Assembly: GCA_025358205.1 (NCBI GenBank)
Contig: JANYKG010000119.1
Coordinates: forward strand, 14,233 to 78,232
Length of the DNA stretch: 64,000 nucleotides
DNA from: Armatimonadota bacterium
GTDB lineage: Bacteria > Armatimonadota > UBA5829 > DTJY01
Reading direction: 5' to 3'
A program made the position numbers and the translations under genes. A model generated the notes under the pieces. It was not told where the DNA came from and made no database searches. It saw only the letters and a list, made by a program, of their open reading frames with translations. Shown here piece after piece: positions 18,916-27,581 of this stretch (position 1 is its first letter; every line of letters begins with the position of its first letter).

Positions 18916-19989
18916 ATGTTCACACACAAATCATTCATCAGAGGCGGGAGTGGGGGATGGAGCCACTACCAGGGGCCGTTCCCGCATCAGCTTCCGGACG
19001 GGCGGGTGATCCTGCTCTATTGCGCGTACAAGGAGCAGGAGACCTTCCTGGACAACGCGATCTACTACTGCTTCACCACCGACAAAGGTGAGACGTGGAC
19101 ACCGCCCGAGATCTTCATGACCGCACCGGGCGCGAACGTATCTCACATCACCATGGTCAACCTGAAGGGCACGCAGAAAGTCCTCCTGTTCTGGCGCGAG
19201 ACCTTCTTCAAGGGCGCATCGGACGACAGCAAGACCGTGAGCAGCATCAAGGACTACGCGCGGTCGGTGGCCCGAATCTTCGTGCGCACGTCCGAGGACT
19301 CGGCACGCACGTGGAGCGCTCCCCGGCAGATTGACATGCTCGGCGAGGTCGCGCACGGGAGGTTCTTCTACGGAGGCCCGCTGGTCCCACAGCAGATCAT
19401 AAGTGGACGCATCATCCTGCCCTTCACCTATCTGCACGAGGACGGTTACAGTCACGTCGCGTCGTTCATGACCTCGAACGACAGCGGCGAGACCTGGGCG
19501 AAGGGTTACGACATCGTGATTCCGGTCCCGCGCGGCGCGATGGAACCGACGCCGGTCGAGCTTTCACGCGACCACCTCTACTGCCTCTTCCGCACGAAGA
19601 GCGGGTTTCTGTGGGAATCTACCTCATCGGACGGCGCGTTGACCTGGACCGAGCCGAAGCAGACAACCATCCCGTCGCCGGAGTCCATGCCGCAGCTCCT
19701 CAAGCTGAAGAGCGGGAACTGCCTGCTTGTGTGGAACAGCCAGTCGTCGGTGGAGAACTACCCGCGCTGGCCGTTGACCGCCGCACTCTCCACGGACGGG
19801 TGCAAGACCTGGGCGTTCAAGCGTGACATCGCCACGGAGACCGGTCGCAATCAGCTCAGCAACCACGGCATCACTCAGCTAGACGACGGGCGCATACTCC
19901 TCGCCCTCTCTCACTACCATGCTCTGAAGCCGACCTCGAGCGACATAGAGACGGTGGTTTTCGACGAGGATTGGGTAAAGAACGGCTGA
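18916..19989 (+). CDS. BNR/Asp-box repeat glycosidase (sialidase-like, GH33-like)
   Basis: 357 aa. Five SxDxGxTW-type Asp-boxes (TTDKGETWT, SEDSARTWS, SNDSGETWA, SSDGALTWT, STDGCKTWA). Confidence 0.7.
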   Translation: MFTHKSFIRGGSGGWSHYQGPFPHQLPDGRVILLYCAYKEQETFLDNAIYYCFTTDKGETWTPPEIFMTAPGANVSHITMVNLKGTQKVLLFWRETFFKGASDDSKTVSSIKDYARSVARIFVRTSEDSARTWSAPRQIDMLGEVAHGRFFYGGPLVPQQIISGRIILPFTYLHEDGYSHVASFMTSNDSGETWAKGYDIVIPVPRGAMEPTPVELSRDHLYCLFRTKSGFLWESTSSDGALTWTEPKQTTIPSPESMPQLLKLKSGNCLLVWNSQSSVENYPRWPLTAALSTDGCKTWAFKRDIATETGRNQLSNHGITQLDDGRILLALSHYHALKPTSSDIETVVFDEDWVKNG

Positions 19990-20026
19990 TCAGACAGCAG
20001 TACCATCTGACCATTCGACCATTTCC

Positions 20027-20752
20027 CTACGGCTTCTCCGTCCCTGCTTTCAGAGCATTCAGATACTCCTGCGCGCGCTTGATGCGTTCTTCGGTCACCG
20101 GATGAGTCAGGAATATCTGCTCGAACTTTGACGGATGGTTCTTCTGTATCTTCAGCAAAGTATCGAAGAAATTCACCAGTCCCTGAGCGTCCCAGCGCTG
20201 GCACCGATACATGTACTTCACCCCAAGCTTATCGGCCTGGAACTCCTGCACCCGGCTCCACCGCAAAAGCTGAACATTCGCAAAGACGCCTGCCACCTGC
20301 TGCACGTCGCCCTTGGTAAGTGTGCCTATCAGTATCTGCGCCTGAAGCTCGCGTCCCATCATCTGCGCATGGTGTCGCGCTGCTATGTGGCCTACCTCAT
20401 GCGCTATCACGCCCGCCAGTTCGTCCGGTTTGCCCTTAGTTTCGTCAATGAGTCCCTTGTATACATACACCCAACCACCGGGCAGCGACACCGCGTTCAC
20501 GTCCTTCTGGTCCAGTATCTTGAAGGTATATTCGAGATCGGGTCGGTCGGAACACTTCGCGATAGCCTGGCCCATGGTGTTCACCATGTCATTGAGCTGG
20601 GCGTCTTTGACTATGCCGTACTTGCTCTCGATCTCCTTGGATGACTGCTTGCCGATCTCTATCTCCTGGTTTGTGCTTACCATGCCTTTGGGATTGCATC
20701 CGCCAAGCACAACCGCCAGCAGTATCGCCGCCAAAATACTCAGGTGTTTCAT
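20027..20752 (-). CDS. M48 family zinc metallopeptidase lipoprotein
   Basis: Lipobox LGGC. Motifs HEVGHIAARH and a downstream E; the TPR-less BepA/YfgC-like peptidase core. SD GGGAGG. Confidence 0.8.
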   Translation of the reverse strand: MKHLSILAAILLAVVLGGCNPKGMVSTNQEIEIGKQSSKEIESKYGIVKDAQLNDMVNTMGQAIAKCSDRPDLEYTFKILDQKDVNAVSLPGGWVYVYKGLIDETKGKPDELAGVIAHEVGHIAARHHAQMMGRELQAQILIGTLTKGDVQQVAGVFANVQLLRWSRVQEFQADKLGVKYMYRCQRWDAQGLVNFFDTLLKIQKNHPSKFEQIFLTHPVTEERIKRAQEYLNALKAGTEKP

Positions 20753-20757
20753 GGGTA

Positions 20758-21165
20758 TTATCCTCCCTTGCCTTTTCCCTGCGATGAGTCCACGTTTTTC
20801 CAGAGTTTGTCTATCACGCCGCGGGTTTCGGTCAGCGCCCGCTCAACCTTGTTCAGTCCGTCCACGTAAGGTTGAGTGGAATCACGTCCGGCACTCTCCA
20901 GCATGGAAAGCCCTTTGTTCAGCTCGGCATCCGCGCGCTTGAAGTCGCCCTTCATGGCATATTTCTTTGCCAGGTCAATGTGCTTCTGAGCTTTGGCGAT
21001 AGGCGAGGAGCTTGCTGCAGACTTCCCGCTTTTCGCTGCCTGAAGCGCGGTGACCTGCGCGTTCAGCAACCTCACGTCGCGCCTTAACGCCGAGACCTGC
21101 TGCGCATTCCAGACTACAATTCCCAGCACAATCAGCGAGAAGATCACCGATATCAAGTGACGCAT
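20758..21165 (-). CDS. membrane-anchored coiled-coil protein, hypothetical
   Basis: 135 aa. N-terminal TM helix, coiled-coil-like heptads, Gly/Lys-rich tail. Good SD. Confidence 0.45.
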   Translation of the reverse strand: MRHLISVIFSLIVLGIVVWNAQQVSALRRDVRLLNAQVTALQAAKSGKSAASSSPIAKAQKHIDLAKKYAMKGDFKRADAELNKGLSMLESAGRDSTQPYVDGLNKVERALTETRGVIDKLWKNVDSSQGKGKGG

Positions 21166-21195
21166 AAGCCTACCCCCTCGTATACATTATACCAT

Positions 21196-23940
21196 TCATT
21201 TCTGTGCCGGTTCCGTGTAAGGTCCGGCTATCACCAGCGTGTACTTGTTCGGCCGCAGATATTTCTTCGCGGCGGCATTCACCTGCGCGAGCGTGACTCC
21301 TCTGTAAAGCGACTGGTATTTCCTGATGTAATCCATGCCCAGCCCGTAGAACTCCGCGCCGTGCAAGGTCTGCGCTATGGACGCGTTGTCCACAAGCCGC
21401 CTGGCCGGGAACGACCCCGCAATGTAGTCCACCGCGCGCTGCACCTGATCCGCTGTCTCACCATTGTCGCGAATCTTGGCAACCTCGTCCTTCAGTGCCT
21501 TGATGGCTTTGTCCACGTTCTTCGCATTTGTGCCCAGGTAGGCATACCACGCGCCGGCGCCGAGTCCCGCGTCGAAAGTGGTATAGACGTTGTAGACCAG
21601 ACCCATTTCGTCGCGTATCTTATATCCGAGCTGGCTGCCAAGCGCACCACCGCCGCCCAGAGAGTAGTTCATGATGGTCGCCGCGTAGAAATCGGGGTCG
21701 GATCGCTTGAGCTGACCGGCATAACCAAGCAGCACGCTGACCTGGGACTTATCCGGCATGGGGATGACCTTTTTCACATCTTCTGTCTGAACCGGAACAG
21801 TGGATATCTGCGGTCGTGTGGCTGGTCCCGTCGGCTGCCATTCGCCGAAGCGCTGCTTCACCCCTGCAACGGCGGCTTGCGGGTCTACGTCGCCTACTAT
21901 CACAAGGATAGCGGTTTGCGGGCCGTAGTGCGCCTTGTAGAAGGCAAGAACGTCATCCCTGGTGACGGCCTTGGTATCGGCGGTCTCTTCATCCAGGGTT
22001 AGCGCATGCAGCGGGTGGCCTTTGGGGAAGACCGCGCCTGAGAACGCGCGGAAAGCCATGGCGTCAGGGTCATCCTGCTCTTGCTTGATGCCGGAGAGCC
22101 TGCGCGCCGTCAGCTTGTCGAACTCGGTCTGCGGGAAGTTGGGGTTCCGCAGGGTGTCGGCCAGGATGTCCAGCAGCAGGTCGAAGTGCTTTGATAGAGA
22201 GCGTCCTGAGAACGAGGCGGACTCCGTGTCCGCGCTCGCCCCGATGCTCATGCCCACGAAGTCTTTCTCCTGCGCGATCTGGTCGGCTGTTCGCTTGGTG
22301 GTGCCTTTCTGCAGGAGTCCGGCGGTGATCTGCGCGAGACCGCTCTTGCCCTCGGGATCGAGAAGGCCGCCTGCGTTGAGGCTGCCCTGAATGGCCACGG
22401 TGGGGTTGCTTCTGTTCGGGTAGACGATCACCACCAGGCCGTTGTCGAGAACAACGCGGGTAGGCGCCACTAATTTCGGATTTCGGATTTCGGATTTCGG
22501 ATTTGTCCGGAGTTTGGAGTCTGGAACTTGGAATTTGGAACTTGGAGCTTGCAGGCTGTCCCGCTTGTACGCACAGTACCTGTTCCCATCCCACTGTTCA
22601 CTGTTCACTGATAACTGTTCACTGGTGCGCTGCTTCACCTCCGGCACGAAAGTCACCACATTCATATTCTTCTCGGTCAGGTACTTCTGCGCCACCCGCT
22701 GGATGTCCGCTTTGGTCACCTTACGCACGTTCGCGAGATATGTGTCCAGGAACCGCCATGACTTGATGGTCTCGAAGTAGCCCAACTGCTCAGCCTGATC
22801 CGTCACGCTGTCGTTCCCATAGATGAACGAGGACTCCAACTGGTTCACCGATTTCTGAAGCTCCTGGTCGGTGATCGGCTCGGATTTGATCTTCTCAATC
22901 TCGGCCAGCATCGCCGTCTGCACGTCCGCCAACTTCACGCCGTCCCGCGCCGTCGCACCCAACAGGAAAAGGTCGGGGTCGCGGTTGGTGGTCGAGGACG
23001 CATATTCAGAGGTGACGAGCTGGGTATCTACCAGTTCCTTGTACAGACGACTGCTCGCCCCGCTGTCAAGAACCATCTGAATGATATCGAGCGCGTATGA
23101 GTCAGGGGCGCCTATCGCCGGAGTGTGGTAGCCGATAAGTAGCCTATCTGCCGCGCCGGCTTTGGTTATCACCGATTCCTGCTTGCCGAATTGCGCCGCT
23201 TCAACTGAGGTTACCTTCGGAGGCGTCGGACCCTTTGGTATCTTGCCAAAATACTTGTTCACAAGCGCTAACGCCTTATTGGTATCGAAGTCGCCTACTA
23301 TCACCATCGTGGCGTTGCTCGGCCCGTAGTTCGATTTGTAATACTTGTAGAGGTCGTCGCGAGTCAGGCTGCGAACATCGTTGCTCCAGCCGATTGTGGG
23401 CCAGTGGTAAGGATGCTCCTTGAATGCCAGCGCGTACATCTGGTAGTACATCAGGCGGTCGGGGTCGTTCTCATCGCCCTCCAGTTCGGAGAGCACCACG
23501 GTTTGCTCGGACTTGAACTCCTTGGCGTCAATCACGCTGTTCACCATGCGGTCCGCCTCGATCTTCATGGCCAGTTCCAGGTTGTCGCTGGAGAGCGCCT
23601 CCCAGTAGTACGTCCAGTCCTTCCAGGTGGCCGCGTTGATGATGCCGCCCTTCTGCTGGATGAGCCTGTCTATGTCGCCCTTTTTGAGCGTCTTGGTGCC
23701 CTTGAACTGCATGTGTTCCAGCAGGTGAGACATGCCGGTCTTGCCGAACGGTTCGTTCCGCGAGCCGACCTTGTACCAGACGTTGAAAGCCACCACCGGC
23801 GCGGCATGGACTTCCTTGGTCAGCACCTTCAACCCGTTCGGCAGGACGGTCTCCTTGACCAGTGCATCGGCGCCGAAAGCAGACTGTGCGATGAGTAAGA
23901 TGACCCAGATGATAGTCAACCGAAAAGCTCGTGTTCTCAC
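21196..23940 (-). CDS. fused two-module M16 (pitrilysin/PqqL-like) zinc peptidase
   Basis: 914 aa. Signal peptide; inverzincin motif HLLEHMQFKGT in module 1; module 2 lacks HxxEH. The inter-module linker (SSKFQVPDSKLRTNPKSEIRNPK) is encoded by the heptamer repeat arrays at 22473-22552. GTG start. Confidence 0.8.
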   Translation of the reverse strand: MRTRAFRLTIIWVILLIAQSAFGADALVKETVLPNGLKVLTKEVHAAPVVAFNVWYKVGSRNEPFGKTGMSHLLEHMQFKGTKTLKKGDIDRLIQQKGGIINAATWKDWTYYWEALSSDNLELAMKIEADRMVNSVIDAKEFKSEQTVVLSELEGDENDPDRLMYYQMYALAFKEHPYHWPTIGWSNDVRSLTRDDLYKYYKSNYGPSNATMVIVGDFDTNKALALVNKYFGKIPKGPTPPKVTSVEAAQFGKQESVITKAGAADRLLIGYHTPAIGAPDSYALDIIQMVLDSGASSRLYKELVDTQLVTSEYASSTTNRDPDLFLLGATARDGVKLADVQTAMLAEIEKIKSEPITDQELQKSVNQLESSFIYGNDSVTDQAEQLGYFETIKSWRFLDTYLANVRKVTKADIQRVAQKYLTEKNMNVVTFVPEVKQRTSEQLSVNSEQWDGNRYCAYKRDSLQAPSSKFQVPDSKLRTNPKSEIRNPKLVAPTRVVLDNGLVVIVYPNRSNPTVAIQGSLNAGGLLDPEGKSGLAQITAGLLQKGTTKRTADQIAQEKDFVGMSIGASADTESASFSGRSLSKHFDLLLDILADTLRNPNFPQTEFDKLTARRLSGIKQEQDDPDAMAFRAFSGAVFPKGHPLHALTLDEETADTKAVTRDDVLAFYKAHYGPQTAILVIVGDVDPQAAVAGVKQRFGEWQPTGPATRPQISTVPVQTEDVKKVIPMPDKSQVSVLLGYAGQLKRSDPDFYAATIMNYSLGGGGALGSQLGYKIRDEMGLVYNVYTTFDAGLGAGAWYAYLGTNAKNVDKAIKALKDEVAKIRDNGETADQVQRAVDYIAGSFPARRLVDNASIAQTLHGAEFYGLGMDYIRKYQSLYRGVTLAQVNAAAKKYLRPNKYTLVIAGPYTEPAQK
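22473..22552. repeat. heptanucleotide tandem arrays: [ATTTCGG]x4 followed by [ARYTTGG]x6 (reverse complements GAAATCC / TTCCAAN)
   Basis: Seen directly; in frame within the M16 peptidase linker. Confidence 0.85.
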
Positions 23941-24098
23941 TGTATTATCCCCCGCGGTATGGCATGGTTTTGAATCGCCCCATTATATCAGAAAGCAGTT
24001 TGCTGATGCAGAGCATTCATCCCTGAATCTTTTGCTCAAATCTCCCGATAATAAGTGGTAACCCGGTAAAACTACCGGCATGAGAGCGGGGAGAGCAG

Positions 24099-24806
24099 AT
24101 GGAAGAGCAAAAGTACACCAGAAAACGTTTGATGCTGTTCAAGGAACTGGGCGCGGCAGCGGCTGTTCGAGCTGCTGATGCAGTCGGCCGCATGATGGGC
24201 CAGGCTGTTCCGGTCACCGAGATCAACTCAGGTCTCATTCGGCTTGATACGCTGATGAGATCCGACCATCCCGATCAGGAAGCTGTGGCGGTATGCACTC
24301 GCGTGCAGGGTAGCGCACCGGGCTATGCGGTCTTTATGTTCCCGTACAGCCACGTTCCTGAGCTTGTGTATGCAATGGGGTCTCAGTACTCGCACGGGCC
24401 AGTGAACATTGACCCGCTGTATGTGCTGCAAGACCTGGGTGATATGCTCATCTCCTCCGCGCTGGATGAGCTGGCCGATAGAACCGGGCTTATCATTCGT
24501 CCCACAAACGTTCAGGTGATAGTGGACATGGCGGCGGCGGTTGTGTCATCGCTGGCGGCGGTGGGGCTGCAGAGCGTGGACAGAGCGCTGACGGTGGGAT
24601 TCCACTTCGGCGGCGATCCGGGCATTATGGACGGGTTGTTCCTCTATCTGCCGGAGCCGGGCAGCCTGGAAGCCATCGAGAGCGCGTGCAGCAGGAACGA
24701 TATTCGCCGCATCCCCATGCACGTCGGCGACATGACATATGCCGACGTTCAGCTTCTGCGCACCAAGCTGGCGCACGAATCCATTCACGTCAACTCGATA
24801 CAGTAG
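24099..24806 (+). CDS. CheC/CheX-like protein, orphan
   Basis: 235 aa. Two internal repeats resembling the CheC E-x-G-N-I-G-AATALS pattern (LFKELGAAAAVRAADAVGRMMG; ADRTGLII...AAAVVSSLAAVG). No chemotaxis genes nearby. Confidence 0.4.
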   Translation: MEEQKYTRKRLMLFKELGAAAAVRAADAVGRMMGQAVPVTEINSGLIRLDTLMRSDHPDQEAVAVCTRVQGSAPGYAVFMFPYSHVPELVYAMGSQYSHGPVNIDPLYVLQDLGDMLISSALDELADRTGLIIRPTNVQVIVDMAAAVVSSLAAVGLQSVDRALTVGFHFGGDPGIMDGLFLYLPEPGSLEAIESACSRNDIRRIPMHVGDMTYADVQLLRTKLAHESIHVNSIQ

Positions 24807-24898
24807 ACGGTTCAATTTCATAGACACAGCAAACGGGGCCTGCGGACATGTCCACAGACCCCGTTCTACTTTACCTCGCGAGTACACCCTTCACCGCG

Positions 24899-25099
24899 CT
24901 ATTGTAGCACAGCCTCCAGGCGCGTTATCCTGTCAAGTCTCACTTCCTTCTCGTCCCCGATTAGGTACTCTCCGTAGAGCGGGACGCACAGGACATCTTC
25001 CACCCGCATAACTTCGCTGAACATATGCTCAGCATTATCGAACCAGCTTACCAAACAGTTTTTTCCAATGAAGCCCGCCGCTTCTTTTATACTCATTTT
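24899..25099 (-). CDS. small hypothetical protein
   Basis: 66 aa from the internal ATG (MSIKEAAGFIGK...) with SD GGGGGAG. The longer track ORF start lacks an RBS. Confidence 0.3.
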   Translation of the reverse strand, partial: KMSIKEAAGFIGKNCLVSWFDNAEHMFSEVMRVEDVLCVPLYGEYLIGDEKEVRLDRITRLEAVLQ

Positions 25100-25572
25100 G
25101 TCTCCCCCACGATAGCCCCGGTCAAACAAAGCTTCAGTCAGCGCCCCACGTAGGGTTTGTGCCATCGAACATCGCGCCATGCGCCTGAGAGGAATACGGG
25201 TTTCGTCAAAGGAAGACAGTCTGGAGACTAGAGACCACAGACCGGAGGCCTAAACTGAACCGGCGAGGATGACGACGCACTCACTGTGTCGGTTTCGTCC
25301 TGTGCTGAGGGATTATGACCTTCAGCTTGATCGGGCAGCATGAGCGCTCCAATTGCTTATGTAAAGCGTCAGTGACGCGCCTCCACCACTACCGCCAAGG
25401 CACACATTACCCCACATTCTGCAAGCCCAGTTTGAACGGTGTGGGGTAAAGAAAGCTGCGGGAATCCCCATAATACTAACAGGTATCGAATCATTGAAAA
25501 AATAGTAGTAAATATCATTTAGTATCAGGAGTCGGCAACGCGCGTTAAGAACGATTGATTCACGAGGGGCTG

Positions 25573-25601
25573 TTGACACCCTTTTGGCACTGTGCTATCA
25601 T
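25573..25601 (+). promoter_or_regulatory. near-consensus sigma70 promoter, TTGACA-N17-TATCAT, with AT-rich UP-like element upstream
   Basis: ttgacacccttttggcactgtgctatcat, preceded by an AT-rich tract at 25470-25555. About 200 nt upstream of the yabE-like start. Confidence 0.55.
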
Positions 25602-25809
25602 ACACACCCTGCCGGTTAGCCCGGTCGGGAACACTACAAATTCATATCGGATCTCGGTTCTGTCACACGCTTTCCCGCTCCCGATTAGACGGGTGTCACG
25701 GCGCTTCTACCCCGGTTATTACTCTCAGTGTCATACTGTTAAACAGGCACGAGTCCGGGCGAAAGAGGCGTCCAAGAAAATGCTCTGCATTTTCGAAGGA
25801 GATTGCATT

Positions 25810-26661
25810 ATGTTACGAAACGACACTAAGAACAACACTCGGTTGCATTCCGCAGCACGTATTAGCTTGATGTTCGCGAAGGTGGTCTGCGCTGTCATCG
25901 CCATCCTGCTGATGACTTCGGTTGTGCTTGCAGGCTCGCAGGACAGACCTGCCGCTAAAGTCACCATCTCGGTTGACGGCCAAACCTGGGAGTGGGTCTC
26001 CACTCAGAAGACAGTCGGCAGCGCACTAATGGAAGCCGGGATAACTCTGAACACCTCTGATCGAGTGCTACCGGGTCTGAATGTGAACCTCGGACCGGGC
26101 ATGCGCGTTAAGGTCACCCGCATAGAGGACAAGGTCATCTATAAGAAGGAGAACGTCCCCTTCAAGTCCATAGTCAAGTTCAACCCTCAGATCACCGGCA
26201 GGCGAGTAGTGCAAGAAGGCAAGGCCGGCGAGAAAGAAGTCCAGTATGTCTACCGCTACAAGGACGGCGTGAAAGTGGCGGAGAGGGTTTCCGGCTCCAA
26301 AGTCACCAAGCAGCCGGTTTCGCAGATCGTGGCAGTATCTCATCCGTCCATGCTTGCCTCACGCGGCGGCTCTTATGTCCGACACCTCACAATGTACGCC
26401 AGTGCCTACACGCCTTTCCATTGCGGCGGTAGCGCGAGTGGAAACTGCGCCATGGGATTCCGCGCAGGCAAAGGCGTGGTTGCCGTTGACCCCCATGTCA
26501 TCCCGCTAGGCACCAAGCTGTACGTAGAAGGCTACGGTGTGGCTATGGCTGCGGATACCGGCGGCGCAATCAAGAGAACTCGCATTGACCTGTGCTTCGA
26601 CTCCTACGGCGAGGCAATGAATTATGGTCGCCGCACTGTGACAGTCTGGATTCTGGAGTAG
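25810..26661 (+). CDS. YabE-like cell-wall protein (DUF348 - G5 - 3D domain architecture)
   Basis: Start at ATG 25810 with SD GGAG 9 nt upstream. Signal/TM anchor, G5-like middle region, and a C-terminal 3D domain (YASAYTPFHCGG...GKGVVAVDP.VIPLGTKLYVEGYG...DTGGAI). Confidence 0.75.
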   Translation: MLRNDTKNNTRLHSAARISLMFAKVVCAVIAILLMTSVVLAGSQDRPAAKVTISVDGQTWEWVSTQKTVGSALMEAGITLNTSDRVLPGLNVNLGPGMRVKVTRIEDKVIYKKENVPFKSIVKFNPQITGRRVVQEGKAGEKEVQYVYRYKDGVKVAERVSGSKVTKQPVSQIVAVSHPSMLASRGGSYVRHLTMYASAYTPFHCGGSASGNCAMGFRAGKGVVAVDPHVIPLGTKLYVEGYGVAMAADTGGAIKRTRIDLCFDSYGEAMNYGRRTVTVWILE

Positions 26662-26689
26662 TGTCCTCAGTTTTCACAAGCCAACACTT

Positions 26690-27550
26690 ATGAATATTGA
26701 CCTCACGTCGCCGGTGCAGCTTAAAGAGTTGCTCCGGCGTCACAATTTCTACGCCCGGAAGCGGTACGGTCAGAACTTTCTTGTTGACCGAAACATCGTC
26801 AACAAGATATTGGATGCCGCCGATATCAGCGAGGGCGACCCCGTTCTGGAGATCGGACCCGGCGTCGGCACTCTCACCCAGGCCATCGCACAGCGCGGCG
26901 CGTACCTCGTTGCCGTGGAGATTGACCGGGACGTCATTCCCATCCTCGAAGAAAGCCTGGCTGGGCTGACCAACGTCAAGGTCGTACACGCCGATATCCT
27001 CAGCCTTAGCCTGCCGGACTTCCTACGCGAGCATTTCGGCGACGCAAAGGTTAAGGTTCTCGGCAACCTGCCGTACTACATCACCTCGCCCATCATCGCT
27101 CAGGTCATCGAAACGCGCGGGTGCGTCGAGCGGCTGGTGATGATGGTGCAGAAAGAGGTCGCCGACCGAATCAAGGCGTCACCGGGGACCAAGGATTTCG
27201 GTTCCATGAGCGTTTTCGTGCAGTACCACGCCGCCCCGGAGATCATCGCGCAGGTGTCTCGAAACGTCTTCCTCCCGCCGCCGGACGTGACCAGCGCGGT
27301 TATGCGGCTCACCCCGCTTGCACAGCCGCCGGTGACCGTGCCGAGCGAGAAGCTGTTCTTCGATGTGGTTCACTCTGCATTCGGCCAGCGCCGAAAGACC
27401 CTGCTGAACAGCCTGTCCGATACCCCTTCACTGTGCCTCACCAAGGAGAAGGTTTCGCAGGTCCTGCACACCGCCGGGATAGACCCCAAACGCCGCGCGG
27501 AGACCCTCTCGCTTGAGGAGTTTGCCCTCATTTCACGCTCCATTGGTTGA
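26690..27550 (+). CDS. rsmA: 16S rRNA (adenine1518/1519-N6)-dimethyltransferase
   Basis: YGQNFLVD...LEIGPGVGTLT SAM motif and KsgA-family length. Confidence 0.9.
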   Translation: MNIDLTSPVQLKELLRRHNFYARKRYGQNFLVDRNIVNKILDAADISEGDPVLEIGPGVGTLTQAIAQRGAYLVAVEIDRDVIPILEESLAGLTNVKVVHADILSLSLPDFLREHFGDAKVKVLGNLPYYITSPIIAQVIETRGCVERLVMMVQKEVADRIKASPGTKDFGSMSVFVQYHAAPEIIAQVSRNVFLPPPDVTSAVMRLTPLAQPPVTVPSEKLFFDVVHSAFGQRRKTLLNSLSDTPSLCLTKEKVSQVLHTAGIDPKRRAETLSLEEFALISRSIG

Positions 27551-27581
27551 CATTCCGTACATGTAAACCTATACTTACGGT

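Noticed and set aside
22473-22552. CRISPR array interpretation of the short repeat clusters
   Set aside because: The repeat units are 6-9 bp, directly abutting, with no spacers of 25-40 bp and no cas genes. They are microsatellite-like arrays, not CRISPR.
21196-23940. Splitting the 914-aa M16 ORF into two separate peptidase genes at the repeat-encoded linker
   Set aside because: There is no in-frame stop and no convincing internal start or RBS after the repeat. Fused two-module M16 (PqqL-like) proteins of this length are common.
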